Shown here: piece after piece, positions 57,328-64,000 of the stretch | Layout of the letters: the number at the start of each line of letters is the position of its first letter | Numbering within the stretch: the first letter of the stretch is position 1 | From: an uncultured Anaerolineales bacterium | GTDB lineage: Bacteria > Chloroflexota > Anaerolineae > Anaerolineales > UBA11858 | Assembly: GCA_964644835.1 (NCBI GenBank) | Contig: CAZXXW010000001.1 | Coordinates: 46-64,045 of the forward strand | DNA length: 64,000 nt | Direction of reading: 5' to 3' | Notes under the pieces: generated by a model | The model's database searches: none | What the model was told of the DNA's origin: nothing | Seen by the model: only the letters and a program-made list of their open reading frames with translations | Translations under genes and position numbers: made by a program

Positions 57328-58836
57328 ATGAAATATATTGCCACCATCGACCAAGGAACCAGCAGCACCCGCTGCATAATCTTCAATCACAGCGGGGGGA
57401 TCGTCAGTGTCGCCCAGAAAGAGCATGAGCAAATCTATCCCCGGCCGGGCTGGGTGGAGCACGACCCCCTCGAAATTTGGGAACGCACTCAAGAAGTATG
57501 CCGGGGTGCGATTCAAAAAGCAAGAATCACCCCGGGTGAAATCGGAGCCGTGGGGATTACCAACCAACGCGAAACCACCCTGGTCTGGGATCGCAACACC
57601 GGGAAACCCTATTACAACGCGATTGTCTGGCAAGACACCCGCACCAAAGAACTTTGCGACGCGCTGGCCAAAGATGGCGGGCAAGACCGCTTTCGCCCCC
57701 AAACCGGCCTGCCCTTGGCAACTTATTTCTCCGGCCCCAAACTGCAATGGATGCTCGAAAACGTGGACGGCCTCGAAGAAGCAGCGCAGCGCGGCGACGC
57801 CGTTTTTGGCAACATCGACACCTGGTTGATCTGGTGGCTGACCGGTGGGCCGGAAGGCGGCTCTCACGTCACCGATGTGACCAACGCCAGCCGCACGCTG
57901 ATGATGAACCTAGAAACTCTCGACTGGGACGAGGACATCCTGGCTGTCCTGAACATTCCCCGCCAGATGTTGCCAGAAATCGTCCCTTCCAGTGACCCGA
58001 ACACCTGGGGCAAGACCGAAGCGAGTGGTCCCTTTGGGGCTGCCATTCCCGTGTGCGGCGATCTGGGCGATCAGCAGGCCGCGCTGGTCGGACAGACTTG
58101 CTTCGAAGTTGGTGAGGCCAAGAACACCTACGGCACCGGCTGTTTCATGGTTTTGAACACCGGCACCGAAATCGTCGCCTCTGAAAATGGCCTGCTCACC
58201 ACAATGGGATATAAGTTCGGCGACCGGCCGGCGGTCTACGCCCTGGAGGGCTCCATCGCCATCACCGGCGCGTTGGTGCAATGGCTGCGCGACAATTTGG
58301 GCATCATCGACGAATCCCCTCAGGTGGAAGATTTGGCCCGTTCCGTCGAGGACAACGGCGGCATCTATTTTGTGCCCGCCTTTTCAGGGCTTTACGCCCC
58401 TTACTGGCGCTCCGATGCCCGCGGCGTCATCGTGGGGATGACTCGCTACATCAACAAAGGACACATCGCCCGAGCCGCCTTGGAGGCGACCGCCTACCAA
58501 ACCCGCGAGGTGCTTGATGCCATGCAGCAGGATTCAGGCGTCGAACTGCAAACCCTCAACGTGGATGGCGGGATGGTCGTGAACGAATTATTGATGCAAT
58601 TCCAGGCCGATATCGTCGGCGTCCCGGTGGTGCGCCCGCAAGTATCCGAGACGACGGCGTTGGGCGCGGCCTATGCCGCCGGCCTCGCCGTTGGCTACTG
58701 GGATAACACAAACGATCTGCGCGCCAACTGGCAAGTCGACAAAACCTGGGAGCCTCAAATGGATGCAAAACTCTGTGAAGAGCTCTATGCCGGGTGGAAG
58801 AAAGCCGTCAGGAGAACGTTTGATTGGGTCGATTGA
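57328..58836 (+). CDS. glpK: Glycerol kinase
   Basis: It starts [19 protein letters not shown]. It has [16 protein letters not shown] and YGTGCF. The start is ATG 57328 (or GTG 57322). Confidence 0.95.
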   Translation: MKYIATIDQGTSSTRCIIFNHSGGIVSVAQKEHEQIYPRPGWVEHDPLEIWERTQEVCRGAIQKARITPGEIGAVGITNQRETTLVWDRNTGKPYYNAIVWQDTRTKELCDALAKDGGQDRFRPQTGLPLATYFSGPKLQWMLENVDGLEEAAQRGDAVFGNIDTWLIWWLTGGPEGGSHVTDVTNASRTLMMNLETLDWDEDILAVLNIPRQMLPEIVPSSDPNTWGKTEASGPFGAAIPVCGDLGDQQAALVGQTCFEVGEAKNTYGTGCFMVLNTGTEIVASENGLLTTMGYKFGDRPAVYALEGSIAITGALVQWLRDNLGIIDESPQVEDLARSVEDNGGIYFVPAFSGLYAPYWRSDARGVIVGMTRYINKGHIARAALEATAYQTREVLDAMQQDSGVELQTLNVDGGMVVNELLMQFQADIVGVPVVRPQVSETTALGAAYAAGLAVGYWDNTNDLRANWQVDKTWEPQMDAKLCEELYAGWKKAVRRTFDWVD

Positions 58837-58860
58837 CGATCACCTTCAAAAAAGAAAGCA

Positions 58861-58897
58861 AAATCGGGTCTGATCTGTTACGGATCAGACCCGATTT
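58861..58897 (+). terminator. Strong hairpin after glpK
   Basis: The 15-bp stem is aaatcgggtctgatc / gatcagacccgattt with a 7-nt loop, followed by gttt. Confidence 0.6.
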
Positions 58898-59120
58898 GTT
58901 TAACCGACCAAACGATTTAGGCTCTTCGGTGGCGAAATACGATTTCCTACCACCCGGCGGTAGCTCTGTAGTTCAATTGCGGCTAATGCAGGGCTCAATT
59001 ATACTAAGAAAAATGTTTCTCTGTTCGATCGGTCAGCCTACATTTAATGCGGTGAGGGAAAGTCTCGACGGAATCTCGATGGTTATCCAAAGAACTCCGT
59101 TCAAATAGGCGAGCAATACC

Positions 59121-62100
59121 ATGCAATTCGGTTTGATTTCTATCTTGTTGTTCTGTTCGGCTGCTTTTGCCGTCGTAATCGCGTCCATCGCCTGGACACG
59201 ACGATCGATCCCTGAGAGCAAAACGATTGCCGTGCTAATGGTGGCACTGGCCGTTTGGTCGATTGCCAATGCTTTTGAGGCGGCAGCGACCGAACTGAAC
59301 ACAAAAGTATTCTGGTCAAAAGTTTCCTATCTGGGAACCCACAGCACACCCCCGCTTTATCTCGTCCTGGCCTTACAATACAACCGCCGCGATGATTGGT
59401 TAAAGCCAAAAAGGCTCTTCTTGCTTTGGATCATCCCGCTGATCACCATTGGCCTGGCGATCACCAATCAATGGCACCATTTGATCTGGCGCAGCTTCCG
59501 GTGGGCAGAGAACTTTCCCAACACATTGATCTATCACTATGGAACCGGATTCTGGATAGGAGCCGGTTACGCTTATCTTCTCTCGACCATTGCGACGGGA
59601 TTTCTGATCTCAGCAGCCAGAAGCCTTCCCAACCCCTACAAAAAACAGGCCATCTCGATCATTATCGCGGCTGTGATCCCCATCATGGGAAGTCTCATCT
59701 ACATTGCCAAAATCAACCCCGTGACGCCGCAAGATATATCGCCGATCCATTTTCTATTGTCAAGCACAGTCGTCACCTGGGCCATCTACCGGCAGAAATT
59801 GCTCAATCTCTCTCCGATTGCACGCAGCAAATTGATCGATACGATCGGCGATGTCGTCATCGTGGCCAATAATCAATTGGTAGTTAGCGACCTCAATCCG
59901 ACTGCCTGCGCCGCGATTGGAAAAGAGAGCAAAGAACTCATCGGGGAGAGCATTGAAGAAGCCCTCTCACGATGGCCCCTACTGGTAGAACTACTTTCCG
60001 ATAAAATTGATCCGCCAACAAACCCAAAAATCATTCCCGATCGCGACGAAAATTGGTACGAATTAAAAATATCTCCTTTGAAGGACAGACGCGAGATCAT
60101 TCAGGGGTGGCTGATTGTGCTCCATGACATCACCGAACGTCGGGAGCTTGAATCCGCTTTGCGCACCAAAGAAGCACTTTATCGGAGCGTGATCGAAAAC
60201 TCCAACGACGGAATCGCCATCGTCCAGGATGAGATCATCAAATATAGCAATCCCCAGCTTGCCGCCATGTTGGGATACACCGTCGAGGAGATGAAAGGCC
60301 AGCACTTTTATCATTTCCTGGCCCCCAGCGAAGCGAAAACCGTTCAAGAGCGCCATCGGCGAAGATTGCGAGGGGTGGGGGTGCCGAGCCATTACGAGAC
60401 CATGCTCATGCATGTCTCAGGGGAACCAATCCCGGTAGAGTTCAACATCAGCACGATGAAATTGGACCATCACACCGCTGTCCTGGCGATGATCCGTGAT
60501 ATTCGCGATCGGTTGAACGCCCGAGATCAAATCAACCGCCTGGCTGCCGTCGCCCAACAAGCCCAAGAAGCGATCATCATCACAGATCTGCAAGGGCACA
60601 TCGAGTACACCAATCCTCAATTCGAAAAGATGACCGGTTATAGCGCCGAGGAGGTCAAGGGAAAAAATCCCAGCATCTTGAAGAGCGGACATCACAACGA
60701 CACTTTCTACAAAAACCTATGGGACACAATCAAGTCTGGCGAGACCTGGATGGGCAAATTCATCAACAAGCGAAAAGATGGCAGTCTCTATCACGAAACG
60801 GCGACGATCTTCCCGATCAAGAATCGCTTCGGTGCGATCACCCATTATGCCGGCGTGAAGCGCGACATCACGCAGCAAATCCGGACCGAAAAAGAACTAC
60901 TCAAATACGCCCACCAACAAGAGTTACTCAACAAAATCACCCGTGCGACCGTCGAAGCAACCGACATCGACGAGGCCCTGCCGCATCTGGCAAATTACCT
61001 GGAAGATTTAACCGATGCTGACGGTTGTTCGATTCGCTTGTGGCATGCCAAAGCTGAAGAACTCTCCGATTTCGAAGGCGCCCTGAACAAAGCTGCCATG
61101 GAATTAGGTCGCCCTCTCATCATTGAAGACATCTCCAAAAGCAGATATTATCCCTCCGAGGAGGTCGATGATCTTCCTTATCGCTCGATTTGGGTCCTTC
61201 CGCTGACAGTCAACGGAGAAAAGCTGGGGGCAGCAAATATCTATTTGAAACAGCCGGAACAGTCCACAGACGCAACCCTGGCCTTGGCCAGGCAGGCCAG
61301 CTACCAAATCGCCCTGGCGCTCTTCAAAACACATTTACTCGAAACAGCCCGAAAGCGGGCCACAGAAGCCGAAACCCTGCAACAAGCCGGCATCGCTATC
61401 TCGGCAACGCTAGAATTAGATGAAACCATCCGGATCATCCTGGAGCAATTGAATCGCGTTGTCCCCTACGACAGCGCCTCGGTACAATTGATGAGCGAGA
61501 ACAAACTCGAAATCGTGGGGCAACGCGGCTTCGAAGAGCCCGAAGCGATCCTGGGGATGACCTTTTCGCTCAAATCCAAAAACGCCCCCAATCACATCGT
61601 GCTGGACCGCCGCGCCCCGCTGATTCTCAAAGACGCCCAAGCTAACTATGAAGCCTTTCGAGAACCACCCAACAATCACATCCGAGGGTGGCTGGGTGTG
61701 CCCCTCATCTTCCAAGACCGAATCATCGGCCTGATCGCCCTGGACAGCACCGAGCCGGATCGATTCACCGAAAATCATGCTCGTTTAGCCTCGGCCTTCG
61801 CCTCACAAGTGGCCGCGGCACTGGAAAACGCCCGTCTCTACGAAGAAACGCGCCGACTTTCGATCACCGACCCGCTCACCGGAATCGGGAATCGGCGTCA
61901 CTTCATCGAACTCGCTCAACGCGAATTCCAACGCTCCCACCGTTATCAACGCCCGCTATCCCTGATCATGCTAGATCTCGATCACTTCAAAGTCGTCAAC
62001 GACACCTATGGGCACCTGGTCGGCGACAAGGTGCTTCGAGCGATTGCCAAACTTTGTGAAAATAATTTGCGCGAATCAGACATCATTGGACGGTATGGCG

Positions 62101-62384
62101 GCGAAGAATTTTTGATCTTGCTCCCTGAAACGCCCGGCTTTGAATCTGCCCCCAACAAGAGCGACGAGCACACAGCCAAAGCAGTAGCAGAAAGGCTGCG
62201 TAAAATGGTAGAATCAACGCCGACACAAACAGCCCAAGGTGAAATTCCAATCACAATCAGCCTGGGTATCGCCGAACTGACCGGCGATATTGACGATCTA
62301 GATACGTTGATCGACCGCGCCGACCAGGCCCTGTACCAAGCCAAGCAAGGTGGGCGCAATCAAAGCGTCGTCTGGCAAGGATAA
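59121..62384 (+). CDS. Diguanylate cyclase with an N-terminal 7TM sensor domain, PAS and GAF domains (7TM-PAS-PAS-PAS-GAF-GAF-GGDEF)
   Basis: 1087 aa with seven N-terminal helices of the HisKA_7TM type. The active site is RYGGEEF, with an RxxD I-site (RESD) 5 residues upstream. Confidence 0.9.
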   Translation: MQFGLISILLFCSAAFAVVIASIAWTRRSIPESKTIAVLMVALAVWSIANAFEAAATELNTKVFWSKVSYLGTHSTPPLYLVLALQYNRRDDWLKPKRLFLLWIIPLITIGLAITNQWHHLIWRSFRWAENFPNTLIYHYGTGFWIGAGYAYLLSTIATGFLISAARSLPNPYKKQAISIIIAAVIPIMGSLIYIAKINPVTPQDISPIHFLLSSTVVTWAIYRQKLLNLSPIARSKLIDTIGDVVIVANNQLVVSDLNPTACAAIGKESKELIGESIEEALSRWPLLVELLSDKIDPPTNPKIIPDRDENWYELKISPLKDRREIIQGWLIVLHDITERRELESALRTKEALYRSVIENSNDGIAIVQDEIIKYSNPQLAAMLGYTVEEMKGQHFYHFLAPSEAKTVQERHRRRLRGVGVPSHYETMLMHVSGEPIPVEFNISTMKLDHHTAVLAMIRDIRDRLNARDQINRLAAVAQQAQEAIIITDLQGHIEYTNPQFEKMTGYSAEEVKGKNPSILKSGHHNDTFYKNLWDTIKSGETWMGKFINKRKDGSLYHETATIFPIKNRFGAITHYAGVKRDITQQIRTEKELLKYAHQQELLNKITRATVEATDIDEALPHLANYLEDLTDADGCSIRLWHAKAEELSDFEGALNKAAMELGRPLIIEDISKSRYYPSEEVDDLPYRSIWVLPLTVNGEKLGAANIYLKQPEQSTDATLALARQASYQIALALFKTHLLETARKRATEAETLQQAGIAISATLELDETIRIILEQLNRVVPYDSASVQLMSENKLEIVGQRGFEEPEAILGMTFSLKSKNAPNHIVLDRRAPLILKDAQANYEAFREPPNNHIRGWLGVPLIFQDRIIGLIALDSTEPDRFTENHARLASAFASQVAAALENARLYEETRRLSITDPLTGIGNRRHFIELAQREFQRSHRYQRPLSLIMLDLDHFKVVNDTYGHLVGDKVLRAIAKLCENNLRESDIIGRYGGEEFLILLPETPGFESAPNKSDEHTAKAVAERLRKMVESTPTQTAQGEIPITISLGIAELTGDIDDLDTLIDRADQALYQAKQGGRNQSVVWQG

Positions 62385-62408
62385 AATACCACACCAAAAA
62401 GAGGCTTT

Positions 62409-64000
62409 ATGCGAAATTTGCAAACCGAAATACTCGTCATCGGCGGAGGTGCCACCGGGACAGGTGTTCTGCGCGATGTAGCCATGCGCGGATTCAAAGC
62501 CATCCTGGTGGAAGCCCGCGATCTATCCCACGGGACCACCGGCCGGTTTCATGGCTTGCTTCACAGCGGGGGGCGCTACGCTGTCAAAGACATCGAAGCA
62601 GCCCAAGATTGTATCCGCGAAAACAACATTCTCCGCAAGATCATGCCCCATTGTATCGAAGAGACGGGGGGCTTCTTCGTCGTCACCCCCTGGGACGATC
62701 CCGGATTCGCGGACTCATTCGTGGCTGGCTGCCAGCAAGCAGGGATTCCTGTCGAGGAGCTATCCATCGCCCAGATGCTGGAAGAAGAGCCTTTGCTCAA
62801 CCCGGAGATCAGCCGTTGTTTCCGCGTCCCCGACGGTTCCGCCGACTCTTTTGCAGCCTCTCACGCCAATGTCGCTTCGGCCCGGGAACATGATGCCCGC
62901 GTGTTGACATACCACAACGTTCAAAGGTTATTGACCACCGAAAAGGACGGGCAAAAGAATGTTATCGGCGCGCTTTGCCATGATTTGGTCAAAGATGAAG
63001 ACGTGACCATCCACGCCGACCTGGTCATCAACGCGGCCGGGCCGTGGTGCGGCAAAATCGGCGCCACCGCCGGCTTGACGATCAAAATGCGCCCGGGCAA
63101 AGGCACGATGATCGCCGTCGGCCAGCGAATCGTCAACACGGTGATCAACCGCTGCCGCGTCCCCTCGGATGGGGACATCCTCGTTCCCGCCCACACCGTC
63201 TCGATCATAGGAACCACCGACGAGCAAGTTCCCGATCCCGATGAATTCGGCATCGAGCCCTGGGAAGTCCAGCTGATGCTCGAGGAGGGCGAAAAAATCA
63301 TCCCCGGCTTCAAGCAGATGCGCATGCTCCGGGCCTGGGCCGGTGTCCGTCCGCTCTACGAAGAACATCTCAGCAGTGAGAGCGACAAGAGCCGCGAGAT
63401 CACCCGCTCCTTCACCCTGCTCGATCATGACGAACGCGACGGCGTCCCCGGCCTGATCACGATCACAGGCGGCAAATGGACCACCTACCGCCAGATGGCC
63501 GAGGAGACCGTTGATCTCGTTTGCGAAAAACTGAACACCGAGCGGGCATGCCGGACGCATCTCGAAGTGCTTCCCGGCGCAGAGAAAATAGACTACAAAC
63601 ACACTTACCTCGGCCACCCGCTCGCACACGTCGAAGACGAGAAAGCCTACGGCGATCTGATCTGCGAATGCGAGATGGTTACCCGCGCCGAGTTGGAAGA
63701 ATCGATCCGCAGCGGGGATATTTTCACCATCGACGATGTGCGCAGAGATGTACGCATCGGGATGGGACCCTGCCAGGGCTGCTTCTGCACCCTGCGCGCC
63801 GCGGGGATGATTCACGCTGCCGAAACGGAAAAGCCCGTCTCACTGGAAGATAGCAACGTCGCTTTACGCGATTTCCTAGAGGAACGCTGGAAGGGCGTTC
63901 TGCCGATTTTGTGGGGCAAGCAATTGCAACAAGAACGTCTCAACGAACTGATCTACGTAAATGTGCTCAACCTGAACGCTTTGCCCGGGCCGGATTCTTC
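62409..64000 (+). CDS. glpA: Anaerobic glycerol-3-phosphate dehydrogenase subunit A (partial; runs off the window)
   Basis: Absent from the ORF track because it has no stop in the window. My translation starts MRNLQTEILVIGGGATGTGVLRDVAMRGFKAILVEARDLSHGTTGRFHGLLHSGGRY. It continues to a BFD-like Cys cluster, LICECEMVTRAE...GMGPCQGCFC. Confidence 0.9.
   Translation, partial: MRNLQTEILVIGGGATGTGVLRDVAMRGFKAILVEARDLSHGTTGRFHGLLHSGGRYAVKDIEAAQDCIRENNILRKIMPHCIEETGGFFVVTPWDDPGFADSFVAGCQQAGIPVEELSIAQMLEEEPLLNPEISRCFRVPDGSADSFAASHANVASAREHDARVLTYHNVQRLLTTEKDGQKNVIGALCHDLVKDEDVTIHADLVINAAGPWCGKIGATAGLTIKMRPGKGTMIAVGQRIVNTVINRCRVPSDGDILVPAHTVSIIGTTDEQVPDPDEFGIEPWEVQLMLEEGEKIIPGFKQMRMLRAWAGVRPLYEEHLSSESDKSREITRSFTLLDHDERDGVPGLITITGGKWTTYRQMAEETVDLVCEKLNTERACRTHLEVLPGAEKIDYKHTYLGHPLAHVEDEKAYGDLICECEMVTRAELEESIRSGDIFTIDDVRRDVRIGMGPCQGCFCTLRAAGMIHAAETEKPVSLEDSNVALRDFLEERWKGVLPILWGKQLQQERLNELIYVNVLNLNALPGPDS

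Noticed and set aside
62928-63815. 295 aa minus-strand ORF, plus the plus-strand ORFs at 62551..62907, 62609..62893 and 63521..63853
   Set aside because: They lie inside the glpA frame that starts at 62409 and stays open to the window edge. The glpA translation has the FAD-binding and BFD-like Cys motifs.

Overview
The window is a 64 kb chromosomal segment. Gene content (T-box leader, paired MoeA genes, Asp-box propeller lipoproteins, a CSLREA/beta-helix surface protein) and the short palindromic repeat families suggest a Chloroflexota-like, Anaerolineae-type genome; that assignment is inference only. Most of it is housekeeping: a Dpp/Opp-type ABC importer without ATPase genes, mnmA, a Nudix CoA pyrophosphatase, L25/Ctc, a molybdenum-cofactor cluster with two moeA paralogs, an M29 aminopeptidase, tRNA-Thr(CGU), udk, an M20 peptidase, a Cache-GAF-PAS histidine kinase with an OmpR-type regulator, valS, an S41 peptidase, a 2-hydroxyacid dehydrogenase, a CobB sirtuin, a GH57 enzyme, and glpK/glpA. 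Two long genes are missing from the supplied ORF track because they run off the window. One is a >1020 aa secreted CSLREA/parallel-beta-helix protein (1..3061, minus strand). The other is glpA (62409..64000, plus strand). Four accessory or unusual items stand out. (1) An AT-rich islet (40.1-42.8 kb) encodes a TIR-domain/multi-TM fusion translationally coupled to a membrane-anchored FecR-like/PhnD-like extracytoplasmic protein, next to a sulfotransferase. This is my best candidate for an undescribed module. (2) A 746 aa Zn-ribbon DNA-methyltransferase-like protein has both catalytic motifs apparently degenerate. (3) A valine-specifier T-box leader is followed first by an Asp-box propeller lipoprotein gene and only then by valS. 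(4) A lower-GC islet (3.8-6.8 kb) carries a beta-lactamase-fold hydrolase, a DoxX-like protein and a decayed IS110 transposase, and sits exactly where the ABC ATPase genes would be expected. Other observations are a single-copy IS200-like Y1 transposase flanked by three REP-like units, several dispersed palindromic repeat families, heptad-periodic SD-less leaders in front of both moeA genes, an in-frame amber codon in a DUF4440-like gene, and a large 7TM-PAS-GAF-GGDEF gene inserted between glpK and glpA. All functional calls come from motif recognition in the translations. No database search was run.
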